Below the pieces are notes generated by a model. It worked only from the letters and a program-made list of their open reading frames with translations, was not told the origin of the DNA and did no database searches. A stretch of 64,000 bases of DNA from Octopus vulgaris (taxonomy: Eukaryota): assembly GCA_951406725.2 (NCBI GenBank), contig OX597815.1:145080001-145144000 (forward strand), written 5' to 3'. Made by a program: the position numbers and the translations under genes. Positions 15,225-28,446 of the stretch are shown piece by piece (position 1 is the stretch's first letter; every line of letters begins with the position of its first letter).

Positions 15225-17449
15225 CATTATATATATATAAGGATATGTATGGAAGATATATATATCTTCTAAACATCTAGACTTCCATCTACTTCAGTAG
15301 TTGACTCGTACTTATATTATCGACCTGGAAAGAATGAAAGAAAAAAGTTGACCTCGGCAGGATTTGAACTACGGACATAAAGAATTGTGACTTCTTTCAT
15401 TCTTTATATAGTAATACTTTTAAAGAGCTGATGGTGGGCCACAATACTTGCGTTGCCGTGGAGTGAAAAAGGTTGCAATAGGCTCTTTTATTTCTCTTGG
15501 TTTATTTTATACCCTTTTGTGATATTTGTTTCTCTGTTATAGCGAATGTATGTGGGTATAATATGACCAAATGGTTAAGAAACTCTCTTCGTAATTATAA
15601 GATCCGGGGTTCACTCCTGGTGGTGGCATGATGGGCATGTGCTTTTTTGCCATTGCCTTGAATCAAACCTGGCCTTGTAAGTGAACTCGATGAAAACTAT
15701 GGAAACCCAACAAATGAATTGTACCTATAATTCAGAGGTCCACCCTGTTATATCATTCTGTTTCTACTCGAAGTTTATATTAAGAATACAACCTTGTCAT
15801 ACACTATGTTACGCAGGTTCTACCCGAGGTTTACACTAAGGGCACTTTGGAGGCGCGTAGCTTATTGACCAGTGCATTTGCGAGTTCGATTCCTGGAGGT
15901 GCGTTGTGTTCTTGAGCAAGACGCTTTATTTTCACGTTTCTCCAGTTCAGACAGCTAGCAAAAATGAATTTAACTTCTATTTCAAAGAGCCATCTTTAAA
16001 TACAACGCTGAATCTCCTGAGAACTATGTTAAGGGTACACTTGTCGGTGGAAGATTCAGCCACTTGTACGTTAACTCCATGAGCAAGCTGTTCCGTCGGT
16101 CGGATCAACTGGAATGTTCATCGTCGTAACCGACGGAGTGCCAGTCTTATAGTAAAGCTCCACCCCTACCTTGTCATACACCATGTCACATTGATTCTAC
16201 CCGAGGTTTACGTTAAGAATATGATTTAGTCACATAGTATGTCACATTGATTTTCCCCAAGGATGGCATTAAGGGTGCGGGTCTGTGAAATACTCGGCCA
16301 CTTACTCTTATACAACGAACAGGTTGTACAGTTGATCGATTGTCTGAATAGTCATCGTCGAAATCGACGTAGATCCACTTATTTTCACTTTGTTTACTGT
16401 GAATGAATACTTTAACTGTCGGGGCCGGTGTTTCACATGAAATTATTTTAGATAAGTTCATCAGAGAACAAAATAGATTTTGGTCAGATCAGATATCGGA
16501 GAGAGAGAGGTAGATAGTGAGAGAGAGAGAGAGAGAGAGGGAGAGAAAATGGAGAGAGGGAGATAGAGATAGAGAGAGGGAGAAAGAGGGAGGGAGAGAG
16601 AGAGGGAGAGATGGAGGGAGAGATGGAGGGAGAGATGGAGGGAGAGAAAGGTAGGGACAGAGAGGTAGGGAGAGAGAGGGAGAGAGAGTGGGGGAGAGAG
16701 ACAGAGACAGAGAGAGACAGATAGAGATAGAGAAAGACAGAGGGAGAGAGAGATAGAGAGAGACAGAGAGACAGATAGAGACAGAGAAAGAGAGACAGAG
16801 AGAGAAAGAGAGAAAGAGGGGAAGAGATTAGGACTACTTCGTTATTTCATTAATTGTCTTACACTCTACTCGAACAGAATTCAATACATCGATTAACTAT
16901 AATAAAAAGTATATCAATACAAGTAATTAACAACAAGGGGATTTTGATTCTTCTATTCTTTTATTCTTTTATTCTTTTATTCTGTTCTTAGTTTCAGTCA
17001 TTGAGCTGCAATTATGTTGGGACCCTCTGTTCAACGTTCGAAGTTTATATTTTTAGTCTATTTTACACCCCCTCCCACTACATTGTCTGATATTGATTGT
17101 CTTCTTAATCCCACAACCACGTCTCTTCATATTTATAACATTTTTACTACTTTTACAATTCATCATAGAGAATTTAAATTATCTCATTTACCGGCGTATT
17201 TAGACGCCATTTGTAAAATATTTTAAAGGTAACTTATTTTTCGTCTGTTATATATTTCGATTAAGTGTATAGTTGCTTGTTATTTCTTTATTGCCCACAA
17301 GGGTATAAACATAGAGGGGACAAACAAAAGTAGTTTATTTATGATAAATTTATGATTTCATTCTTTTTTTTTTCAATATACTGCCACAATATTGTATTAC
17401 ATATACAGAATCATACAAAATCACTTTAAAATAGCTTTCAATTAATAGG

Positions 17450-17770
17450 AGCGCTCTGCCGGTTACGACGACGAAAACCCCAGTTGATCCGATCAACAGA
17501 ACAGCTTGCTCGTAAAATTACCGTGCAAGTGGCTGAGCACTCCACAGACACTTGTACCCTTAACGTAGTTCTCGAGGAGATTCAGCGTGACACAGAATGT
17601 GACAAGGCTGGCCATTTGAAATACAGGTACTACTCATTTTTGCCAGCTGAGTGGACTGGAGCAACGTGAAATAAAGTATCTTGCTCAAGAACACAATGCG
17701 TCGCCGGGAATTGAACTCACGACCTTACAGTCGTGAGTCTAATGCCCTAACCACTAAGCCACACGCCTTC
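17450..17770 (-). mobile_element. SINE family C
   Basis: Reverse complement of 18336-18628. Confidence 0.85.
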
Positions 17771-17994
17771 ACTTCTTTCAATTAGTGTGTGATGAATCAC
17801 GTTAAATTCATTTTTCCCGCAATGTATACTTGTAAAATAGGGGTGCGTCTTAAGCGCTCGGTTTTATGTCTTATACGACGGCAATTACGTTGACTAAATT
17901 GCGAAGTATGTATGTATGTATGTATGTATGTATGTATGTATGTATGTATGTATGTATGTATGTATGTATGTATGTATGTATGTATGTATGTATG

Positions 17995-18048
<54 letters not shown>

Positions 18049-18053
18049 AATAC

Positions 18054-18074
<21 letters not shown>

Positions 18075-18084
<10 letters not shown>

Positions 18085-18218
18085 ACGGGAAGCTTTATGA
18101 AAATAGACAAAAGACGAAGGCAGGTTTACGGAAATAAACAAAAGACGAAGGCAGGTGGAATACAAACAAACAATTGTATTAGTATGGCGCTCAGGAAATA
18201 TAAATAAAACAAGTCTTT

Positions 18219-18317
<99 letters not shown>

Positions 18318-18870
18318 ATGTGTGTGTGTGTGTGAAGGCGCGTGGCTTAGTGGTTAGGGCATTCGGCTCACGATTGTAAGGTCGTGAGTTCGATTCCCGG
18401 CGACGCGTTGTGCCCATGAGTAAGACACTTTATTTCACGTTGCTCCAGCCCACTCAGCTGGCAAAAATGAGTTGTACCTGTATTTCAAAGGGCTGAATCT
18501 CCCTGAGAACTACGTTAGGGGTACGCGTGTCTGTGGATTGCTCAGTCACTTGCACGTTAATTTCATGAGCAGGCTGTTCCGTTGATCGTATCAGCTGGGA
18601 CCCTCGTCGTCGTAACCGACGGAGTTCTCCTTCATATATATATATATATATATATAAATATGTATGTATATATATAACGGGAAGCTTTATGAAAATAGAC
18701 AAAAGACGAAGGCAGGTGGAAAACAAACGAACAATTGTATTAGTATGGCGCTCAGGAAATATAAATAAAACAAGTCTTTAACGTTTCGAGCCTACGCTCT
18801 TCAACAGAAAGATACACAGAGAGAGAAAAACACAGAAAGAAGGAGAGAAAAAAATGCGTGCAGTAGCTAA
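18075..18870 (-). mobile_element. Penelope-like repeat, directly duplicated around an inserted SINE
   Basis: 18075-18220 is repeated at 18670-18782. HHR-like TCTTT-CTGTTGA-A-GAGC-gtag-GCTC-GAAACGTT-AAAGA at about 18774-18812. Related motifs on + near 37970, 38300 and 23455. Confidence 0.5.
18336..18628 (+). mobile_element. tRNA-derived SINE family C (Meta-domain-like)
   Basis: A-box tggcttagtgg, B-box gagttcgattcc, core gagtaagacactttatttcacgttgctccag. Other copies at about 2150, 10093, 15850, 27881 and 45846 (+), and 17450-17770 and 45570-45815 (-). Confidence 0.85.
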
Positions 18871-18883
18871 CGAATCAACATGG

Positions 18884-18930
<47 letters not shown>

Positions 18931-19163
18931 AATATATATATATATAAGTATATATATATATGTATATATATGTTACAATGGAAGTATACTTTTGCGGACT
19001 GTTGGCGAATGAATAAGGAGAAGATAATTTTGAATATGCTTCAATATTATTATGGCATGACCTCATCGTTAGTGTTAAATACTCTCTGCATTTAATTATC
19101 ACTAACATGACTGTTGTTTTTCATGAAGATAACGTCTTTGTTTTAGATATTCAGTTAGCAGAT

Positions 19164-19272
<109 letters not shown>

Positions 19273-19356
19273 TGTGCTAGTATGAGAGAAATAATGTCAA
19301 AACGTTAGTTCTTTTCTGGTCAACTCTCTTTGAATCTCTTCTCCTTTTTTTTTTAG

Positions 19357-19432
19357 TCGTCAAAATCCTTGTTCCGATACTAGTGCTGCTCCTCATTGCT
19401 GTAATGATTATCATACTCATCGTTTATCGATG
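19357..19432 (+). CDS. Transmembrane exon (FVKILVPILVLLLIAVMIIILIVYRW)
   Basis: Long polypyrimidine tract plus tag at 19356 and donor gtaagt at 19433, phase 1/2. Contains about 20 contiguous hydrophobic residues. Confidence 0.85.
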
Positions 19433-19519
19433 GTAAGTAGCTTTTTTATTAACATTTATGTGTATCTGTCTATCTATCAGTCTGTCTGCCTTATGTATGT
19501 GTGCATGTATGTGTGTATG

Positions 19520-20075
19520 TCATTGTTTAGTTTTATTTTAAAATTTCTTGCCAATAGAGAAAGAACTGGTTTCTAATCTAGATCCAAGGGTCCTTCATTG
19601 GAATTTCAACACCAACAGCTGAGTATTTTTTATGTACGTATGTCTCTTCTATTTTTTGATTATTATAAATCTTCCACTGAAGAGGGAGCCGGTTTCCAGC
19701 AAGATGCAAGGCTCCATCTTTGAGATTTAGTTAACACAGACAAATTCACATTTGGAACTTGAGAAAAGTCTTGTGTGTATGTATGTATGTATGTATGTAT
19801 GCATGTATGTATATGTGCAGATTTGTATGTTTTGTTTTATGTATGTATTCTCATGCATATAGTTGAATGTGTAGATATGCTCATATATACTTAAACGATA
19901 AACTTCTGGAAAGTTTTACAGATTTTTACAGTTCCAGTGATAGATTGGATCTGTAGTCTTCGAATTAGCTTTCTCCTTTCTGGTTTTGAGAAGCCTAATT
20001 TCTCAAGATTGGTATTTAGGCAGCGTGTTACATATCCCAGGACCCCAATAGTTACAGGTATAAACCTGAACTTGT
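19520..20075 (-). mobile_element. 3' end of an RLE-type LINE family associated with (TACA)n
   Basis: YKFRFIPVTIGVLGYV..LQIQSITGTVKICKTF plus 3'UTR. A second copy lies at 58555-59113 and a partial one at 59270-59380; all abut (TATG)n. Confidence 0.7.
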
Positions 20076-20419
20076 ATGTATGTCTGTATGTATGTATGTA
20101 TGTATGTATGTATGTATGTATGTATGTATGAATGTATGTATGTATGTATGTATGTATGTATGGATGTATGTATGTATGTATGTATGTATGTATGTATGTA
20201 TGTATGCATGCATGCATGCATGTATGTATATATATGTATATATATATATGTATATATATATATATGTATGTATATATATATATATGTACGTATGCATATA
20301 TATGTATGTATGCATATATATGTATGTATGTATATCTATGTATGTATGCATATATATGTATGTATTAATGTATGTGTATATGTATGTGTATGCGCGTGTC
20401 TGTGTATGTGTATGTGTAT

Positions 20420-20860
20420 ATCCAGCGTTGAGGCCTGCACCCTTCGTCGTCTTCATTGGGTTTACCATGTGGTTCGGATGCCGGGCAACTGGCTCCCAAA
20501 GAGGGTCTTCTTCAGCGAGACTGGAAGTAGGCCTCATGGATGTCCAAAGCTTCGTTTCCATGGTCCTCTCAAGCAGTCTCTCATTTTATGCGGTGTCCTT
20601 CCCAATCGGTCGGAGCCCCTGGCTGTAAATCAGAAGGCACGGATGTCCGTGTGTAACGCTGGAGTAGAACGCTTTGCAATCGAACGCAAGAGATAGCATA
20701 AAGAAATAAGGAGACATCGTCACCCCTCCCCCCCCACAGCTGTCGTTCGGGATCACTTTCAATGCTCTCGCTGTCACAAGATCTGGCTGTCCCGTGTTGG
20801 TCTTGTCAGCCGTGTCCGCGCTCATGAGAAACGATGTAAGGAGAACAATTAGTGTCTTGT
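20420..20860 (+). mobile_element. RTE (BovB-like) LINE 3' fragment, decayed
   Basis: RRLHWVYHVVRMP..LPKRVFFSE..RPHGCPKLRF..LK plus a terminal C..C..RVGL.S zinc-finger remnant. Confidence 0.75.
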
Positions 20861-20993
20861 ATGCATATATAGATAGTGAAGTCCCAGATAACTTGATCCT
20901 TAAAATCATTATTTACACCAACGGTAAATGTGCTCAGCTGCTAAACCTAAATCCGCTTTAAAATAATCACATTATTCTACCATTTATAATATA

Positions 20994-21374
20994 CTAGCAG
21001 TATCGCCCGGCGTTGCTCGGGTTTGTAAGGGAAATAACTATATAACCACTTTTAGAGAGTTATAGCCAAAAAATAGCAAAAAAATGGAAAAAAAATTATG
21101 GTAAATTTTTTTTTAAATCGTAGACTCATCGTAGACGCGCGCTAATATCCAGAAGGGCTCGATATGAATCACGACTGTGTATGTGTATGTGTATATCCAG
21201 CGTTGAGGCCTGCACCCTTCGTCGTCTTCATTGGGTTTACCATGTGGTTCGGATGCCGGGCAACTGGCTCCCAAAGATACCCGGTTTTGGTTAAGCTGCA
21301 CCGCAAAATGTGGGAGTAGTTAGGAATCTAAATCGTAGGAGACAGACACACAATCTTACTTTTATATATAAAGA
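20994..21374 (-). mobile_element. Non-autonomous Helitron
   Basis: 5' a|TCTTTATATATAAAAG; 3' hairpin CCCGAGCAACGCCGGG followed by CTAG|t. Confidence 0.75.
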
Positions 21375-21452
21375 TATATATTATACCTCGTTCAGAGATT
21401 TATTATTGCTTATAATATATTTATTATATTTATAATATATTCAATATTTCAG

Positions 21453-21786
21453 GAAACGAAAAAGGAAACACAACATCAAAAAAGTTGCGCCTAAGGCACA
21501 AAGCTCAGACGAGAATATTTACGATAACACCAAACAAGTGCCAGATGACGTGGAATCGGTGAACGATACGACACAATTCTGCTCCAAGACTTGTCAAACA
21601 GATTTTGACTCACTGTCTGAGATCGACAAAAAACCGCCCTCTTCTGCTAATAATGAGTTAGAAATGAATAAATCAACAGGATTATCAACGTCAGATAATG
21701 GGTGTGTTAATAAAGCTTTTGAATCAGCGAATGATACAGGAAGTGGAGACGCCGCTGTTACAGTTGAACCGCGAATGGAAAGTTGA
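21453..21786 (+). CDS. Terminal coding exon; cytoplasmic tail (KRKRKHNIKK...DENIYDN...GCVNKAFE...RMES*)
   Basis: Acceptor tttcag at 21452 matches the phase 2 TM exon. A basic stop-transfer run follows the TM helix. Stop TGA at 21784-21786. Confidence 0.85.
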
Positions 21787-22350
21787 AATATATTTATATA
21801 TAAAGAAAAGAAATTCGCGCCTAATACATTCGCGTATACATACACACACAAGCTCTCTCTCTCTTTTTTTCTCTCTCTTACTCTATTCCTTTCTCTCCCT
21901 CATACATACACTCACACGTGCACACGTACACATATATCGTACATAAAAATGTTATTTGTCATTTCTATCAACTGACTGTATTAGTACAGTCACCCTAGAC
22001 AGAAAAGGGATTGCACACTAAACACTAATAGGTTCGTAGTCCTGGTTAACACCATCCTCACACTCATCCACCACACACACACATACGTGTGTGTGTGACT
22101 GTGACTATATATATATATATACACCTATATATATATATATGCATACATACATCTATATGATAATAATATAAATTTGAAAATATAGCCACGAAACACGTGT
22201 AGTCTATTTACTAATTATAAACTATTTATTTATCATTTTATTTAGTTCTAGGTAAATGTTTTATCGTATGTTTAATTTTTTTCTATATGGTATGATTTAA
22301 GTATATCATTGTTGAATTGCTATATGGTGGTTCTCTAATTTATATACATG

Positions 22351-22455
<105 letters not shown>

Positions 22456-22533
22456 CCTATCTATCTATATTGGTATACATATCTATCTATATGTATGAAT
22501 ATATAATAATAAACACACGCACACACACACACA

Positions 22534-22576
<43 letters not shown>

Positions 22577-22919
22577 CCCAGATATGTTTCAGGCAAAGAT
22601 TGGCCCAGGCCATGTCTGATTTAATAGCATTACCTGAGTAGGATCCCTTAAGCCATTTTAAAGACAAATTTTGTTGTGTTATCCTGACCCATTCGATTAG
22701 GAAGTGTAGTTGACTGAGATAAATCCAGGTATAGATGGCTTATTTGGTATCTCTTGAAGAAATTTGTCCAGGTTTCGTTCCAAGTTGATGGGATCTTTTT
22801 CTTTGATTCGTTTTCGGATAATGAACACGGCCTGTTGAGGAAAAGAAGTTGTGTTGCTGCGAATTTATGCATTGTGAACCTGAAATGTGTAGGAGGCCAA
22901 TAGCACATGGCCCCAGCCT

Positions 22920-23000
<81 letters not shown>

Positions 23001-23061
23001 TCACTGACTTATACACATATATTCACTCACACACACACGAACGCGCTTAAATGTATGTGTT

Positions 23062-23110
<49 letters not shown>

Positions 23111-23631
23111 GTCAGTATGTATGCGCTTGTGATCGTAAGAATAAGCTTTACAAGAAGTGGAGTATGTTATATTTTCTTGGTTAATTTGACAGAGTTAACA
23201 GATTTGCTTAGAATAGAAGCACAATACTAAAAACTTACCACTACTACTGCTACTACTACTACTACTACTAACACTGCCATCAATGTGTACACACATGTAT
23301 ACAAACACGCGCATGCCCGCACATACACACACATCCGCACATACACACACACATACGCACACACTCACACACGCGCGTGCGCGCACGCACACACACATAC
23401 ACAGAGTTCATCAGTTTCTTCCTCTCTCTCACTGATTTCTCTCATCTGTTCTTTCTGCAGAAGAACATCGGCTCGAAACGTCAATGACACTTCCGTCAAC
23501 ACCCTGTTTGTTGTTCTTTTACCTGTCTCTGCGTTTTGTTTTTGTTTTTCTTTCTACCATTTTGAACCCCTCTCTCTCTCTCTCTCACACACACACAGAT
23601 ACACGCACACACACACACACACGCACATACA

Positions 23632-23671
<40 letters not shown>

Positions 23672-24935
23672 ACGCATAAGACGTATAAAATTTATTGTTG
23701 AAAATGCTAGTCAAAAGGTGATTCCTACCAAACTAATAACGTAATTCGAGACAATCTCTTCTGCCTTCAGACACATCTTTAATGATTTTTACATTATCAT
23801 AATATATTACATTATAATAAAATGATTTTACAACCTCATAGTGTAATACAAAGAAATTTGTGATACATTATATGCAGTTTTCGTTTTGAATTAATATATC
23901 TTTGGAAACATTACAGTGTTTCACTGACTTTCTGAAAGAACTTCATATGAAACCGATGCTGATATGATTTGAGAAATAATTTTACTGATATTTACAAAAA
24001 AACAAAACAAAACAAAAACAAAAAAAAACAAACAAACCAGAAAGAACTGTCTTTAAATGATTCCATTGTATTTTTTATGATAAAATTCTTGTACTTCTTC
24101 ACATGGTGTTACTGTCTTTATTTTCGTAGCCTATAGAATAAGAGTGAATTAAAATAGACTACTGTGGCCTATGATATTTCTATGTATTTCTCTTTTTTTT
24201 CATTCTGGCTCTTTAGGAGCTCTTTAGAAACTCATTATTTACTTATTGTTTCAATATAACATATTGAATATATATTGTCAATGAATAACAAATACACGAA
24301 GAAAATGGTGTATGTTTTTAACTTAGTCTATGTGTGTCCAATACACAACTTGATGCAAAATCAGAGCAATTTGTAAGAGTCTAGCCACGCTTGTTAACTT
24401 CGTCAATCAAACTGAAAACAGTTTTCATCCTTTAAACCTTGCACAGAAAGTATACCTGGAAGTTCAGTAAAAATTAAATTTTTCTGATCGCTTAAAATCA
24501 TGGACTAAAATACACAAACGGTTCTGTTGAATTGTCATCAACGATAGCATATTTTTTTTATTTTGAAAATCTTATAATTAGCTTTTAGTGTAGGCGAATT
24601 CCTGTTTTATTTTTTCAGACAAAATCATATGGTTCTTTGTATCTTTAAAATGTTCCCCAGTGTAATTCGTACTCCATATTCTCTTATTTCACTCAGATGC
24701 TCAACTGTGTATTACACAACGACAAGTCTTAAGGTCATTCTCACAGTTATCAGCTCCGCTGTGGCTTTCATGTTAATATTTGGATTGGAGGTTTGATTCT
24801 CATGAAGTACTTATCAACTTTTTCATAATTTGAGAAAATTCCCATTCTTGGAATAATATTGCAATGGCAAGACGTGCAATATATCGAGGCTGAGTCATTA
24901 ACAGCCATTTTTTTTTATTCAAATAAAAGTTTCTT

Positions 24936-25092
24936 CATTATTTACATTATTTAAATTATTTACATTTGACGGATATTTGTCCTCATCTTGTTTGTTGTTA
25001 ACACAACGTTTCGGCTGATATACCCTCTAGCCTTCATCAGGTGTCTTGAGGAAATTTCGAACCTGGGTTCTCATTCCTAAGGTATTTTTTGA

Positions 25093-25123
<31 letters not shown>

Positions 25124-25207
25124 GTTAGTGTTCAGGTCACTGATTGGAATCGAACTCGGAATCTTGGGGTTAGTAGCCGCGCTCTTAACCACTACGCCAT
25201 ATACCCG
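24936..25207 (-). mobile_element. tRNA-derived SINE carrying a hammerhead motif
   Basis: A-box TGGCGTAGTGG, B-box GAGTTCGATTC, internal (TAA)n, HHR and a (TGTAAATAA)n tail. Confidence 0.7.
25000..25045 (-). ncRNA. Minimal hammerhead ribozyme motif inside a tRNA-headed SINE
   Basis: GACAC-CTGATGA-A-GGCT..AGCC-GAA-ACGT-T-GTGTT. Confidence 0.7.
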
Positions 25208-25299
25208 TATAATTTGTTTACAAAATAAATATAAGATTATAAAAAATAGTCAACTTTTATTATATTCATTATATATATTGTTTCCGGTATAAATTAATA

Positions 25300-25388
25300 T
25301 TACTAAGAAATATTACCGGTCCCTGGGACATTGGAAAAAAATCTGCCGGTACCCCACATCAGATAGTTTGAGAAGCACTAGTCTAGAT
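25300..25388. mobile_element. hAT (Charlie-like) terminus
   Basis: agtttgagaagcact followed by a gTCTAGA target-like sequence. The other end was not located. Confidence 0.4.
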
Positions 25389-26394
25389 AACAATATACAT
25401 TCTGTTTTGTTTTCAATATATCTATATATACTCTCTATTGCATTTTGTCCCATCTCTTTTTCCCTTCGCCATTTTCTCTCACTTTTCTTTCTTATCCCCT
25501 TAGTAGCTTAATTTACCCTTCTTTCATTCTGTACACGGCTTAACTTCCTGTTAATCTCTGGAACAGTCTGTGACTCACTCACCATTTTATATATATATCA
25601 AACTGACGTTTTATATTTCAAACATTTTTATTCAAAGCCCTTTTAATTGAATTCCAGCAACAGTTTGTTAGAATGCTGAGGTAATCACTACACATACGCA
25701 CACGAATACATACATACATTTGTGTATATATGTATGCATGTATGTATTTTATGTATGTATCCATTGAAATAATTATTTAAGATTCGTCTTTCCTTATTTC
25801 TTTCACATGTTATACTGATCATCGGGTCACAGTTTCCACTGGGATTTAATTTCTATTTCTGATTTTATAATTGCTATCGTAGTTATGCAGTGTATATTTT
25901 GTGATAAGCATATGCTGCATTTTCCAAGTCTTAACGAGATAAATATTTGAAATCTAAACTAAAGTTTTTTTCGGGCTAAGCTAAAACAACTGAGTTTGCA
26001 GCTTATCAGCGTTTGACTCGGCGTAATACAAGAGATAGTGATGTCGTCTTCTGGATAAGACATTTAATATGTCACAGATTAGTCGCTCCTCCAGTTCTGC
26101 ATTAAAGGTACTAATGACCTAACCCCTACATGAAATTTAAAACCACCATTTACCAAAATTCTTTAAAAATTGTCCACCATCGTTCAACTATATTTTTCCT
26201 CTCTTTCTCGGTCTTTTTTTATTGTTATTTCCCAAGTCTCTACTCCTCAGAACGTTATAGCAGTATCCCACCCTCATATGTTCCACTGGCCTCTTCACCA
26301 TTCAACATCTCCTATGCAAATATTTTACAAAGTAAGTTCCTTGAAATAATTCTGGGAGTTCTGCGAGATAGAATATTTTTAATAACATCCTTTC

Positions 26395-26786
26395 CACTAA
26401 AGGCACATAGCCTGAAATTTGTTGGGGAGGGGACTAGTCGATTACATCGACCCCAGTGTTTCACTGGTACTTAATTTATCGACCCCAAAAGGATAAAAGT
26501 AAAGTCGATCTCGGCGGAATTTGAGCTCAGAACGTGGCGGCAGACGAAATACCTATTTCTTTACTACCCACAAGGGGCTAAACACAGAGAAGGCAAACAA
26601 GGACAGACAAACGGATTAAGTCAATTATATCGACCCCAATGCGTAACTGGTATTTATTTAATCGACTCCGAAAGGATGAAAAGCAAAGTCGACCTCGGCG
26701 GAATTTGAACTCAGAACGTAGCTGCAGACGAAATACTGCTAAGCATTTCGCCCGGCGTGCTAACGTTTCTGCCAGCTCGCCGCCTT
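26395..26786 (-). mobile_element. SINE family A, dimeric
   Basis: Reverse complement of the family A head and duplicated body. Confidence 0.8.
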
Positions 26787-27289
26787 ACTACTTTTATTAA
26801 TATCAACTTTGCTTTTCATCATTTTGGGGTCGATAAATTAAATATCAGTTACATACTGGGGTCGATCTAACCGACTGGCCCCCTCCGCCAAATTTCGGGA
26901 CTTGTGCCTAGAGTAGAAAAGAAAGAATTAAATATTATTAAAAGAAAAGCTATTGACTATTTTCAAAATGATAAACTTTTCTTTTACTTCCTGTTATTGG
27001 TTTCAGTCATTTGACCGCGGCCATGCTGGAGCACCGCATTTCGTCGAACAAATCGACCCCAGGACTTATTCTTTGTAAGTCTAGTACTTGTTCTATCGGT
27101 CTCTTTTGCCGAACCCCAAGTCTAGTTCTCGTTCTATCGGTCTCTTTTGCCGAACCCCAGCATGGTCGCAGTCCAAAGAATGAAAGAAGTAAAAGAATAA
27201 AGGATAAAAGAATAACAGAATAGCGAAAGTATACCGATTCTAACATTTATTACGAAATGTAATCAACCTTACTATGTAATTGTGTGTAT

Positions 27290-27504
27290 TCTTTTATTCT
27301 TTAATTCTTTTACTTGTTTCAGCCATTTGACTGCGGCCATGCTGCAGCACCGCCTTTAGTCGAACAAATCGACCCCAGGACTTATTCTTTGTAAGCCTAG
27401 CACTTATTCTATCAGTCTCTTTTGCCGAACCGTTAGATTATGGGGATGTAAAGACACCAACATCGGTTGTCAAACGATGGTGGGGAGACAAGTACAGACA
27501 CACA

Positions 27505-27590
<86 letters not shown>

Positions 27591-27757
27591 GGACGGGTTT
27601 CATTTAGTTACCGTCTACCAAATCCACTCACAACGCTTTGGTCAGCCCGAGGCTATAATAGAAGACATTCGCCCAAGGTACCACGCAGTGGGACTGAACC
27701 CGGAACCATATCGTTGGTAAGCAAGCTACTTGTCATGTAGCCACTCCAGCGCCTATA
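27290..27757 (-). mobile_element. SINE family B
   Basis: Full-length match to 8085-8544. Confidence 0.85.
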
Positions 27758-27789
27758 TATATATATACACATATATATATGTATATATG

Positions 27790-27880
<91 letters not shown>

Positions 27881-27882
<2 letters not shown>

Positions 27883-28224
27883 AGGCGCATGGCTCAGTGG
27901 TTAGAGCGTCGAGCTTACGATCGTGAGGTTGTGAGCTCGAATCCCGGACCGGGCTGCGTGTTGTGTTCTTGAGCAAGGCACTTTATTTCACGTTGCTCCA
28001 GTTCACTCAACTGTAGAAATGAGTTGCGACGTCACAGGTGCCAAGCTGTATCGGCCTTTGTCTTTCCCTTGGATAACACTGGTGGCATGGAGAGGGGAGG
28101 CCGGTATGCATGGGCGACTGCTAGCCTTCCATAAACAACCTTGCCCGGACTTGTGTCTAGGAGGGTAACTTTCTAGGTGCAATCCCATGGTCATTCATGA
28201 CCGAAGGGGGTCTTTACCCTTTAC

Positions 28225-28226
<2 letters not shown>
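27881..28226 (+). mobile_element. SINE family C-related subfamily in (TA)n
   Basis: tRNA head ggaggcgcatggctcagtgg, shared core, (taccctt) tail. Confidence 0.8.
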
Positions 28227-28293
<67 letters not shown>

Positions 28294-28350
28294 GGCGCTG
28301 GAGTGGCTACATGACAAGTAGCTTGCTTACCATATATAAACATACATACT

Positions 28351-28396
<46 letters not shown>

Positions 28397-28413
28397 TTTA
28401 ATATATAAAGTAT

Positions 28414-28446
<33 letters not shown>

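Noticed and set aside
16415-16466. CTGATGA..GAAAC motif on the minus strand
   Set aside because: No NUH triplet or stem I can be formed; at best a badly decayed remnant.
22600-22925. Unique-looking minus-strand ORF (22648-23016)
   Set aside because: It starts in a microsatellite and has no recognisable domain or splice support.
25140-25207. tRNA gene (also the heads at 18336, 27881 and 743)
   Set aside because: A and B boxes run straight into repeat bodies without a complete acceptor stem; these are SINE heads.
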